A DNA stretch of 64,000 nt from an uncultured delta proteobacterium. Its GTDB lineage: Bacteria; Desulfobacterota; Desulfobacteria; Desulfobacterales; QNYZ01. Below, one piece after another: positions 38,572 through 48,042 of the stretch (the stretch's first letter is position 1; every line of letters begins with the position of its first letter). The stretch lies in contig CAWJQU010000003.1 in assembly GCA_963845145.1 (NCBI GenBank), forward strand, positions 64,001 through 128,000, written 5' to 3'. The notes under the pieces were generated by a model. That model did no database searches, was not told where the DNA came from, and worked only from the letters and a program-made list of their open reading frames with translations. The translations under genes were made by a program, and so were the position numbers.

Positions 38572-40485
38572 TTACTGATTCCGCCCTTCCAGATCTTCCC
38601 AGCGCTTATAGGCCTGATCGATCTCTTTTGTAAGTTCATCAAAACGCGCCTTGATCCGCGTTATTTCCTGTTTTTCCTTTTTATAAAACGCTGGATCAGA
38701 CATCTGTTGGGATAATTCATTGTGTTCCGCTTCCAAAACCTCGATCAGGCCGGGCAGTTTCTTGAGATCACGCTGTTCATTGAAACCGAGTTTTTTAGGC
38801 TTGCCCATTACGGATTCGGGCACGGATTTGTTATCGTTCCCGGGCTTAGGATTATCGATCTTTTTTTTGGCGGCTATCGGCTTTTCAGCCGGTTTGGGAC
38901 GTTGGGTAAGCCAGTCGTCATATCCGCCGACATATTCAGCCACCGCGCCCTTACCTTCAAATACCAGTGTACTGGTTACCACGTTGTTGAGAAATGATCG
39001 GTCATGGCTCACCAGTATTACCGTCCCGGTGTATTCCAGAAACAGTTCTTCCAAAAGCTCGAGGGTTTCCATATCCAGGTCATTGGTGGGTTCGTCCAGG
39101 ACAAGAACATTGGCGGGCAGGGTAAACAGCTTCGCCAGGAGCAGTCGATTTTTTTCACCCCCGGAGAGCACCCGTACCGGTGTACGGCATCGATCCGGGG
39201 TAAATAAAAAATCTTTAAGATGACTGATCACATGACGCTTTACACCATTGAAAACGATAAAATCATTGTCTTCGGCAATATTTTCGGCAACCGTTTTGGT
39301 ATCGTCAAGCTGCGCTCTTAACTGATCAAAATAGGCCACTTTCAGGTGTGTGCCATGCCGGACAGTGCCGGATTGCAGGGGTATGTTTTTCAAAAGAAGA
39401 TTTAGCAGGGTTGTTTTCCCTGCACCATTGCGACCGATGATGCCCACTTTGTCGCCCCGCATAAGAACAAAAGAAAAGTCTTTGATGATCGGGACATCAT
39501 CATAAGAATAATCGATATTTTTGGCGCGAATGACCAGCTTTCCGGACCGCTCTGCCTCCTGAACCTGCAACCGAACCGTTCCCGTTTTTTGACGCCGGGC
39601 TTTAAAAGCCTCACGCATTTTGAATAACGCCTTTACCCTCCCCTCATTTCGCGTCCGCCGGGCCTTGATGCCTTGGCGAATCCATGTTTCCTCTTGGGAA
39701 AGCTTTTTATCAAAGACGGCGTTCTGCTTTTGCTCAGCCAAAAGGTCCGCTTCTTTGTGTTTTAGATAGGTATTATAATCCGCGGCATAGGAAAACAGAT
39801 GACCTCGATCCAATTCAAGTATACGATTGGCGATACCGGACACAAAAAAACGGTCATGGGTGACGAACAACAGTGTCTTCACGAACCGGAGGAGATGGGC
39901 TTCCATCCATAAAATCGTGTCGATATCTAAATGGTTGGTGGGTTCATCGAGCAACAATACATCCGGTTCGTGGACCAGCGCACGGGCAAAAAGGGCTCGG
40001 CGCTTCATACCGGCAGATAAGTTGGCAAACGGCTCTTCCGGATTGAGGTCTGTCCGGGAAAGGACCTTCTCAGCCATTTGGGATACGTCCCAACCATCCC
40101 TGGTATCGAGAAACGACCTTAAACCTTCCATCCTGTGCCGTTGTTGTGCGGTGATCGTATCGACATGCTGGTTCAGGTTGCGGTATTCTACGAAAGCGCG
40201 GCCTGTTTCGCCGCATCCCGCTGCAACCACATCGAAAATGCTTTCATCCGTTTCTTCGGGAACCTCCTGGGCCAACCCTGAAATTTTGATTCCGGATTGA
40301 CGTTGAATATCGCCCCGATCCGGGACCATTTGTCCGGATATGAGTTTGAGCAACGTCGATTTACCCACGCCATTGCGTCCCAGCAGGCAAACCCGTTCAC
40401 CTTTCTTAATCGTCAAGCTGATATTTTCAAGTAGCGGCGGGATGTCAAATCCCCAGCACACGTCACGCATCGTGATCAATGCCAT
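38572..40485 (-). CDS. uup: ABC-F family ATPase Uup
   Basis: Two ABC cassettes (GRNGVGKS, GRNGAGKT, LDEPTN), WIRQGIKARRTRNEGRV linker, C-terminal coiled coil. Confidence 0.9.
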   Translation of the reverse strand: MALITMRDVCWGFDIPPLLENISLTIKKGERVCLLGRNGVGKSTLLKLISGQMVPDRGDIQRQSGIKISGLAQEVPEETDESIFDVVAAGCGETGRAFVEYRNLNQHVDTITAQQRHRMEGLRSFLDTRDGWDVSQMAEKVLSRTDLNPEEPFANLSAGMKRRALFARALVHEPDVLLLDEPTNHLDIDTILWMEAHLLRFVKTLLFVTHDRFFVSGIANRILELDRGHLFSYAADYNTYLKHKEADLLAEQKQNAVFDKKLSQEETWIRQGIKARRTRNEGRVKALFKMREAFKARRQKTGTVRLQVQEAERSGKLVIRAKNIDYSYDDVPIIKDFSFVLMRGDKVGIIGRNGAGKTTLLNLLLKNIPLQSGTVRHGTHLKVAYFDQLRAQLDDTKTVAENIAEDNDFIVFNGVKRHVISHLKDFLFTPDRCRTPVRVLSGGEKNRLLLAKLFTLPANVLVLDEPTNDLDMETLELLEELFLEYTGTVILVSHDRSFLNNVVTSTLVFEGKGAVAEYVGGYDDWLTQRPKPAEKPIAAKKKIDNPKPGNDNKSVPESVMGKPKKLGFNEQRDLKKLPGLIEVLEAEHNELSQQMSDPAFYKKEKQEITRIKARFDELTKEIDQAYKRWEDLEGRNQ

Positions 40486-40718
40486 CTGTTTTCCTTATTT
40501 GTCCGGTGACCAGCCAAAGCTGAATATAACAAATGATTCCCACCTGCAAGCCTCACCGGATATCACGATAATTTTACACCTGCGCGGCGTTTGACGATCA
40601 TTGCTATTATAAAACCGTTTAAAATTTATACCGGTGGCGATCCCATCCGCACCACACCGCCCATTTTCCCACGGCCAATCAAACGATTAACATAATGCCA
40701 AAAAGTCATTTTTTTTCC

Positions 40719-40774
40719 TTGACGCGTTGTAAAAAACAGCGTAAATTTAGATGTCATGTAATTTGTAATTACAT
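40719..40774 (+). promoter_or_regulatory. Sigma-70 promoter with downstream palindromic operator
   Basis: TTGACG-N17-TAAATT (40719-40747), then ATGTAAT-N5-ATTACAT (40756-40774). Confidence 0.55.
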
Positions 40775-40898
40775 TTATGATTCTATTTTGAATTTTTAAA
40801 TTTCTAACATTCAGCCTGATTTCGCATACCGGTATAATTGGCGACGCCTCACCAATTATTTAAACATTGACCTCTTTTGAAAAGGATCGCGCTGAAAA

Positions 40899-41615
40899 AT
40901 GGACATAGACACGAAAGACATTACCCAGGATCTCACAAAAAAAGCGCATATGCTGATTCGCCAAATGATGTTTCACAATGAAATCGTTCCCGGCCAGAAA
41001 CTGGCTTACCGCGATCTGGCCAAACAGCTCGATATGAGCCCTACCCCGGTCAGCAATGCGCTCAAATATCTTGAATTTCAGGGATTGGTGCGAAAAGAAT
41101 TAAACCGCGGCTATTTTACCGAACCGATTCGCATCAAAGAAATTGAGGAAATTTACAATTTTCGCGAATTGATCGAAGTGTCCCTTTTAGCTGATGCTAT
41201 CAAAAACTTAGACCACAAATCTAAACAAAACCTTTCCAAAGCTTTTGAGGCATCCGTGGAAGTCCCCGGCGATCCATTTGTCAGCCAGCGCGTATCCAAA
41301 GATGTTCAGTTTCATATGAACCTGGCTGAGCTTTCTCAAAATCGGACCCAGACCCGCGCCCTGAGGCAACTCTTTGACCTGCTCTACCTGAAATACGGTG
41401 GTGATGTTCTATTTAACAAGTATATGCAACCCAATGAATTTAAAGCCCATATTACAGATACCGCTTCATGCCATCAGCAGATATATGACGCAATCATTGA
41501 CGGGGATCTCAAATCCGCCAAGGATGCCATGTCACGACACATTCGAACGGTCAAGGACGATGTTTTAAGTGGCTTGAAACGTATGCGTGAAGACAAGGAT
41601 GCCACCATATTCTAA
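40899..41615 (+). CDS. GntR-family regulator (FCD domain)
   Basis: PGQKL....LA.QL.MS.TPV..AL..LE..GLV; FH..LAE; HQQI..AI. Confidence 0.9.
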   Translation: MDIDTKDITQDLTKKAHMLIRQMMFHNEIVPGQKLAYRDLAKQLDMSPTPVSNALKYLEFQGLVRKELNRGYFTEPIRIKEIEEIYNFRELIEVSLLADAIKNLDHKSKQNLSKAFEASVEVPGDPFVSQRVSKDVQFHMNLAELSQNRTQTRALRQLFDLLYLKYGGDVLFNKYMQPNEFKAHITDTASCHQQIYDAIIDGDLKSAKDAMSRHIRTVKDDVLSGLKRMREDKDATIF

Positions 41616-41684
41616 CCAAATTCTAACCAAGCGACAATTTGGTATGAATATTTACCTACAAACCGTTAAAAGGAGGAAGCCAAA

Positions 41685-43304
41685 ATGAAAAAAAAGGGAC
41701 TTAGCATTATTCTAGCCATTTGTCTTTTGGGTTTAATGAGCGCCCATGCTGCCGATAATCTGGAGCCCGTGCCGGAAATCGATTTTCTGACATGGGTACC
41801 GGCCAAGTTTATGGCTTACTACGAAACGAGTAACTATATCGCCGAAGAATGGCGCAAACTGGGCCTTGAAGTAAAGCTCAACCCTCAGAATTTACCCAAC
41901 CCCCTATTAACCTACTGGTTCAAAGAACATAAATTCGACGTCGTGGTTTCGGTCCTGTCGGGACTTCCCTATCGCATGGAACCCGATTTTTTCACCAATT
42001 CCCAGTTCAATTCCGAACACGCGAAACCCGGTAACTGGAATGTCGGGGAATACGCCAGCAAGACATTTGACGAAATCGGATTAAAACAACTTGAGATATA
42101 CGATCCGGAAAAACGTCAACCATTAATATATAAATTGCAGGAAATCCTTTTAGATGAAATGCCGGAGGCACCAGTTTACTATGAAGTGCAGAAAATGGGG
42201 ATCAATACCCAACACTGCAGTTTGGACTATGTAGACGCCCCGGACGGCTTGCGTTCCATCTGGAACCAGGTTAAATTTTTGCCTAAAAATGACGTTAAAT
42301 TCCTGAAAGTGGGTCGAATATCCGATCAGAAAACCTGGAATCCCATCGCAGCCAACCAATCCGATGATTTCGAGATGCTGAGGATGGTTTACGATCGCCT
42401 GGTTCAGATCGGCCCCAAAGGGGAAGTCAAAATGTGGGCGGCGGAAAGCGTTGATACGGTGGATGATTTAACCGTGGATGTGATGCTCCGTAAGGGCCTA
42501 AAATTTTCCGACGGCAACCCGTTAACCGCCGAGGATGTCAAATTTACCTACGAATACATGAAAAAATGGGAATCCGCCTATTTCCTCAAATACTTAAAAC
42601 CGATTAAAAGCATCGAGCTAAAGGGCGCTCATCAACTCCGGTTTAAACTTGATAAACCTTTTGCCCCGTTTGTGATGAATACACTGGGCCAGGTGTTTAT
42701 TATTCCCAAACATATTTGGGAAAATGTAGTGGAAAAAGAGGAGTTGACCAAACCCCAGGATTATAAAAATACACCTGTGGTGGGCAGCGGTGCCTTTGTC
42801 ATGGAATACTGGAAAGAATCTGAGGAGTTTATGCTGCGCGCCAATAAAGAGCACTTTATGGCGCCCAAAGCCGACCTGTTGTTCATCGTTTTCGGTTCCC
42901 GGGAGTTATGCAACTCCGCTTTGAAAAAAGGGAGCATCGATATCAACATCCAGGCCATTCCGGCTGAAGTGACCAAAGATTTTGCCAATGAAAAAGATCT
43001 TCAGATTTTCGACGTCAAATCCAACGGCTACACCGCCATACGGTACAATATCGGTCGGCCCATCTTTAAGCACAAGGCCCTGCGTCAGGCTTTGGCCCAT
43101 GCAATCCCCCATAAACGGATCATCGAAGAAGTATTGGGTGGCAACGCCGGCACGACGCCCACCGGTATCACCCCGGTAAATGCCTTCTGGCATAACAATA
43201 ACCTTAAAGTCCGCGAATATGACATTGAGAAAGCACGCGCCATCTTAAAGGATGCCGGCTTTCAATGGAATGAAAAAGGCCGATTGTGCTATCCGGCTAA
43301 ATAA
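41685..43304 (+). CDS. Peptide/nickel ABC substrate-binding protein (family 5), domain order apparently permuted
   Basis: Signal peptide; LRKGLKFSDG.PLTAEDVKFT signature mid-protein, preceded by a segment normally found C-terminally (IAEEWRKLGLEV...RQPLIYKLQEIL). Confidence 0.85.
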   Translation: MKKKGLSIILAICLLGLMSAHAADNLEPVPEIDFLTWVPAKFMAYYETSNYIAEEWRKLGLEVKLNPQNLPNPLLTYWFKEHKFDVVVSVLSGLPYRMEPDFFTNSQFNSEHAKPGNWNVGEYASKTFDEIGLKQLEIYDPEKRQPLIYKLQEILLDEMPEAPVYYEVQKMGINTQHCSLDYVDAPDGLRSIWNQVKFLPKNDVKFLKVGRISDQKTWNPIAANQSDDFEMLRMVYDRLVQIGPKGEVKMWAAESVDTVDDLTVDVMLRKGLKFSDGNPLTAEDVKFTYEYMKKWESAYFLKYLKPIKSIELKGAHQLRFKLDKPFAPFVMNTLGQVFIIPKHIWENVVEKEELTKPQDYKNTPVVGSGAFVMEYWKESEEFMLRANKEHFMAPKADLLFIVFGSRELCNSALKKGSIDINIQAIPAEVTKDFANEKDLQIFDVKSNGYTAIRYNIGRPIFKHKALRQALAHAIPHKRIIEEVLGGNAGTTPTGITPVNAFWHNNNLKVREYDIEKARAILKDAGFQWNEKGRLCYPAK

Positions 43305-43372
43305 ACTCAAAAGGGGGACAGGGGGAGCGTTTTAGAGCCCCTGCTGTCCCCTTCCATCAGGTTAAAAGCAAT

Positions 43373-44368
43373 ATGATCGCTGTTGTTCAACTAAAAAAAT
43401 ACTTCCCGGTCGTCTCCGGAATTCGGTCATTGTTCTCCAGATCCAAAGGCCGCTTCGTTAAAGCCGTGGACGATGTCAGTTTTAAGATTAATCGTGGAAA
43501 AGTCTTGGGACTGGTCGGCGAAAGCGGTTGCGGTAAAACCACTACGGGAAGAGTGATTGTAGGCCTTGACCCCCCCACAGAAGGGGATGTCTTCATTGAC
43601 GATCAGAGTTGCCGACAATTAAAAAAGGAAAATCGCAGGAAGTTCTACAACATGGTTCAAATGATTTTCCAGGACCCCTACGGTTCCATTAATCCACAGC
43701 ATAACGTCACCCAGATTTTATCGCGTCCCTTGCGTTATCAGGGTATCACCGAAAAGAACCGTATGACGGAAAAGGTCTGTGAGACATTGGAGCTGGTCGG
43801 GCTAAAACCGGCATCCGACTATTTGGAGAAATATCCTCACCAGCTGAGCGGGGGGCAACGGCAGCGTCTATGTATCGGCCGCGCCATCACGCTTGACCCT
43901 GAATTCCTTGTGGCCGATGAACCCATTTCCATGTTGGATGTAAGCATCAAATCGGGTATTCTGGCGCTCCTAAAGAACTTGATTGAACAAAAAAATCTAT
44001 CACTGCTTTACATTACCCACGATCTTGCCACCGTCAGCCATATTTGCCATTCCATCGCCATTATGTATTTGGGGCGGATCGTGGAAATCGGCGCGACCAC
44101 AAACGTGTTAAAACACCCCTTGCACCCTTACACACAGGCACTGATATCGGCGATTCCGATTCCCGATCCCGATTACAGCAGGGAAACCATTAAAATATCA
44201 GGGGCGATTCCAGATCCGATCAACTTGCCAAGCGGGTGTCGTTTCCACCCGCGATGTTCGCGGTCAACCCCAAAATGTATCGCCGATGAACCCGGTTTAT
44301 CGGCCGAAGGCATCAAACTCGGGGGCGGGCGTAAGGTCGCCTGTCATTATCCCCTGGCGGTCCAATGA
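43373..44368 (+). CDS. Oligopeptide ABC ATPase (OppF/DppF-like)
   Basis: GESGCGKT, LSGGQRQR, HPYT, GCRFHPRC, VACH. Confidence 0.92.
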   Translation: MIAVVQLKKYFPVVSGIRSLFSRSKGRFVKAVDDVSFKINRGKVLGLVGESGCGKTTTGRVIVGLDPPTEGDVFIDDQSCRQLKKENRRKFYNMVQMIFQDPYGSINPQHNVTQILSRPLRYQGITEKNRMTEKVCETLELVGLKPASDYLEKYPHQLSGGQRQRLCIGRAITLDPEFLVADEPISMLDVSIKSGILALLKNLIEQKNLSLLYITHDLATVSHICHSIAIMYLGRIVEIGATTNVLKHPLHPYTQALISAIPIPDPDYSRETIKISGAIPDPINLPSGCRFHPRCSRSTPKCIADEPGLSAEGIKLGGGRKVACHYPLAVQ

Positions 44369-44434
44369 CAACCACTATGAACCACAGACGTTTTTACCAC
44401 CAACCCAATATTTTTCCTAACGGGCTTTTAAAGA

Positions 44435-45409
44435 ATGGTTAGATATATCGTAAAAAGGCTGCTCTTTATGCTGCTGACGTTCTATGTGCTGGCCACACTG
44501 ATGTTCTTCATGTTCCGCATGTTGCCGGGAGATCCCACCATGACGGTGATAAGTTCAGCCCTGCAGCCTAAGGCCCAAGAAGCCATGAAGCGGCAGTACG
44601 GGCTTGATAAGCCAATGCATGAGCAATATCTGGCCTACCTTCGTAACATCGTCACTCTCGAGTTCGGCTATTCATTTCAACACAATCGCAAGGTCAGCCA
44701 GATGATTTCCGGTCGCATGCTGAATACCGTACTGCTGATCCTGCCGGCCATGATAACCGCTTATCTGCTTGGAATCATTGGCGGTGCACTGATTGCCTGG
44801 AAACGGGGTGGAAAACTTGAAATCGGAGCAGTGGTGGCAGCTACGGCATTTCAATCCGCACCGGTTTTCTGGATAGGAATGCTCGGTCTATTTGTCTTTT
44901 CCGTTCATTTAGACATATTCCCCTTAGGTCATATTCTCTCCCCGGGTATGCACTATGGCCAAACTGCTTTGCAAAAATATTTCAGCCTGGATTTTTTACA
45001 CCACCTGGCACTGCCGTTTATCGTGACCACACTTTATAATGTTTGTTTTCCACTGCTTTTAATGCGCAGCAGTATGCTGGAGACTTTCGGTGAGGATTTT
45101 ATCGAATTATGCAAGATGAAAGGGTTGCGGGAAAAGCGAATTATCTTCAAACATGCCCTGCGCAACTCCTGCTTGCCCATTGCAACGACGATACCGCTCA
45201 TTTTGGGTTGGGCCGTGGCCGGGTCAGTGGTCATCGAAACGGTTTTCTCCTGGCCGGGCTTGGGTTTGTTGATGGTCGAAGCGGTACAACGCAGCGATTA
45301 TCCGGTTGTTCAGGCCTGTTTTCTACTGATCGCCATCTTGACAATCGCCGGTAATTTTATCGCCGATTTGCTATACGGTATTCTTGATCCCAGAATTGTT
45401 TATGAATAA
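44435..45409 (+). CDS. Oligopeptide ABC permease (OppB-like)
   Basis: LPGDP, GLDKP, ETVFSWPGLG, DLLYGILDPR. Confidence 0.92.
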   Translation: MVRYIVKRLLFMLLTFYVLATLMFFMFRMLPGDPTMTVISSALQPKAQEAMKRQYGLDKPMHEQYLAYLRNIVTLEFGYSFQHNRKVSQMISGRMLNTVLLILPAMITAYLLGIIGGALIAWKRGGKLEIGAVVAATAFQSAPVFWIGMLGLFVFSVHLDIFPLGHILSPGMHYGQTALQKYFSLDFLHHLALPFIVTTLYNVCFPLLLMRSSMLETFGEDFIELCKMKGLREKRIIFKHALRNSCLPIATTIPLILGWAVAGSVVIETVFSWPGLGLLMVEAVQRSDYPVVQACFLLIAILTIAGNFIADLLYGILDPRIVYE

Positions 45410-45497
45410 GGATCGTCTATGAACAAGCGAATCGATTATACCAGCCGTCACCCAATGATGGCGTCAACTATTTTACGATTATGTCGGAGTCAAACTC

Positions 45498-46352
45498 GTG
45501 ACAGGTAATTTTCTTCGGCTGGTCGCGTCTTCGCGAATCGGCCTCATGGGCCTTATCGGCTTTTGTTTTTTTGTGGGTGTTGCCGTACTTGCGCCTATTT
45601 TGGCTCCGTACGCCCCTATGGAAAAACACTACGACGAAGCAGAACGGTTAATGAAGCTTGATCCGCCCTCAAAAGCCCATCCATTCGGCACCACCATTTT
45701 GGGGCGCGACGTGTTCAGCCAGCTAATATGGGGCACCCGGCCTGCGCTTGTAATCGGGTTAAGCACGGCCATCGGCGTCATTCTGATAGGCGTGAATATC
45801 GGCTTGATCGCCGGCTACTACGGGGGTTGGATTGACAACCTTCTCATGCGCATCACGGATATCTTCATGGGGGTGCCCTTTCTACCTTTTATCATCGTCG
45901 TTTTATCTTTAACGGAACAAAGCATGTTCACGATCATTATGGCCATGGTTATTATCATGTGGCGTTCTACCGCGCGTGTCATTCGTTCACAGGTGCTCTC
46001 GCTCCGCGAGCGACCTTTCGTTGATGCCGCCCGTATTTCAGGGGCAAGCAATTTTCAGATCATCTACTTTGAAATTGCACCCAATATCTTACCCATTGCC
46101 CTGGTAAATATCGCCTTTGCGTTGGCCTGGTCCATCATTACTGAGGCGAGTATCGGGTTTCTGGGTTTTGGAGATCCTGATGTATTAAGCTGGGGCACCA
46201 TTATTTATCGCGCTTTTGCATCGGAAATGTCCTACAAGGCTTGGTGGTGGGTCATTCCACCTGGGATAGCGATTATGCTCCTGGTTACGTCAGCCTACTT
46301 TATCGGACGGGCCTACGAAGAGATGATCAACCCTCGGCTCAAACGCTGGTAA
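45498..46352 (+). CDS. Oligopeptide ABC permease (OppC-like); true start may be ATG 45419 across a frameshift
   Basis: HPFGT..LGRDVFS, FVDAARISGAS, WWWVIPPG. Confidence 0.88.
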   Translation: MTGNFLRLVASSRIGLMGLIGFCFFVGVAVLAPILAPYAPMEKHYDEAERLMKLDPPSKAHPFGTTILGRDVFSQLIWGTRPALVIGLSTAIGVILIGVNIGLIAGYYGGWIDNLLMRITDIFMGVPFLPFIIVVLSLTEQSMFTIIMAMVIIMWRSTARVIRSQVLSLRERPFVDAARISGASNFQIIYFEIAPNILPIALVNIAFALAWSIITEASIGFLGFGDPDVLSWGTIIYRAFASEMSYKAWWWVIPPGIAIMLLVTSAYFIGRAYEEMINPRLKRW

Positions 46353-46425
46353 GCCCTCGAGATCGGTCAGTCCCAACGATGAAGTCGTTGATGAATCCAT
46401 CTGCTATAGAAGAAAGTATCAATAA

Positions 46426-47460
46426 ATGTCTCTGCTGAAGGTAGAAAATTTAAAAACCATTTACCGTACTGAAAAAGGGAACGTCACCGGAATAGAGGAT
46501 GTTAATTTTGCCCTGGAACATGGCCGTAGTTTCGGCATTGTGGGTGAGTCCGGATGCGGTAAATCAACGTTGCTAAAATCGATTATCGGTGTTCTACCGG
46601 CCAATGCATATATTGCCGGCGGACATGTGTACTTAAATGATAAGGAGCTGACCGCGTTAGATGATACACAGTTGAGTCGCATTCGGTGGCAGGAGATCTC
46701 GATGATCACTCAAAGTGCCATGAATGCCCTTGACCCGGTATATACCGTTGGCTATCAGATTACCGAAGCGATTTTAGCCCATAGAGACATGGACAAAAAA
46801 TCGGCCCGAAAGCAAGTTGAGAAGATGTTTGAGCTTGTCGGTATCGATGTCGACCGTTATTCCGAGTATCCTCACCAATACAGCGGCGGCATGCGTCAAC
46901 GGGCCATTATAGCCATGAGCCTTATCTTGCATCCATCCGTTGTCATCGCCGATGAGCCGACTACCTCACTCGATGTGATTGTTCAGGATCAAATTTTTAA
47001 AAACATTAAAAAATTACAGGACGAAATTGGTTTTTCGTTGTTGCTTGTAACCCATGATATCGCCCTTGTTATAGAAAATTGTGATGAAATTGCCGTCATG
47101 TACGGCGGCCGAATCATGGAAATCGGTCCCATGCGGTCGGTAATCAAAAACACATTTCACCCCTACACCATGGGGTTGAAAAATGCTTTTCCCAATATTC
47201 ATAACCCCCAGTCCGAACTGATTTCAATCCCCGGTGTACCACCAAGCCTTTTGGGAGAATTGAAAGGTTGCCGTTTTATTTCCCGCTGCCCGTTTTCCGG
47301 CCCTATTTGTCGGAATGAAGTGCCACCGCTGGTCAGTGTCGAAAATAACCATCAGGCGGCCTGTCACCATCTTGATAAAGTCGAAACCATGCGAACACTC
47401 TCCGTTCAACCCGGCACGTGGCGCGAGTCGGCATCGGATAGCATTCAAACCGCAACATAG
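46426..47460 (+). CDS. Oligopeptide ABC ATPase (OppD/DppD-like)
   Basis: GESGCGKS, YSGGMRQR, ADEPTTSLDV, HPYT. Confidence 0.92.
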   Translation: MSLLKVENLKTIYRTEKGNVTGIEDVNFALEHGRSFGIVGESGCGKSTLLKSIIGVLPANAYIAGGHVYLNDKELTALDDTQLSRIRWQEISMITQSAMNALDPVYTVGYQITEAILAHRDMDKKSARKQVEKMFELVGIDVDRYSEYPHQYSGGMRQRAIIAMSLILHPSVVIADEPTTSLDVIVQDQIFKNIKKLQDEIGFSLLLVTHDIALVIENCDEIAVMYGGRIMEIGPMRSVIKNTFHPYTMGLKNAFPNIHNPQSELISIPGVPPSLLGELKGCRFISRCPFSGPICRNEVPPLVSVENNHQAACHHLDKVETMRTLSVQPGTWRESASDSIQTAT

Positions 47461-47479
47461 CATAGGAGGTCGTGAGAAT

Positions 47480-47959
47480 ATGACAGCATTACAATTAGAA
47501 AAAGGTGAGGCTATTTACTTTGCGTACGGTACCCTGCTGGAACTGAAATCCATGCAAAAATACTGTCCTTCTGTAAAATCGTTAGGGATCTATCGACTAA
47601 AGGATTTTCGTCTTGATTTTAAAACTTGCGGCCCCGATCCGGCCACGGGTGGATGCACGCTGACCAAAGATCCAGAAAACATCATGTACGGTGTTCTATA
47701 TAAGATGCCAACGGCTGAGCGTCTGGAGCTGGATAAAGTGTCCGGTCTCGATAAGGGCCTATGGGCCAAGTTCGATATCACCTTGCTTGACGATAAAGAC
47801 GGCGCCATACCGGCCAACACCTACATCATTCCAAACCCAAGCGGCCCTCAAAGTCCGTCGGCTGAATATGTTCGACCGATCATAGCTGGGGCCGCGGAAA
47901 TTCAGCTACCCCAAGACTACATCAACCAACTGACCACAATCATAAAAAACGCCATGTAA
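47480..47959 (+). CDS. Gamma-glutamylcyclotransferase-fold protein
   Basis: YFAYG motif, GVLY, PS.EY...I..GA....LP..YI; AGGAGG RBS. Confidence 0.78.
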   Translation: MTALQLEKGEAIYFAYGTLLELKSMQKYCPSVKSLGIYRLKDFRLDFKTCGPDPATGGCTLTKDPENIMYGVLYKMPTAERLELDKVSGLDKGLWAKFDITLLDDKDGAIPANTYIIPNPSGPQSPSAEYVRPIIAGAAEIQLPQDYINQLTTIIKNAM

Positions 47960-48002
47960 GCCATCGTATCCGTCAGACCCAAGCGCCGGGTCTTCGTCCA
48001 TT

Positions 48003-48027
48003 GCCGGGGAAACCTTCACTTTCCCCG
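48003..48027. terminator. Hairpin between convergent genes
   Basis: CCGGGGAAA...TTTCCCCGG. Confidence 0.55.
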
Positions 48028-48042
48028 GTCACCCGGTGAAAT

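Noticed and set aside
45456..45458. In-frame TGA upstream of the OppC-like gene as selenocysteine
   Set aside because: No Cys-equivalent context in a permease N-terminus; an indel explains it better.
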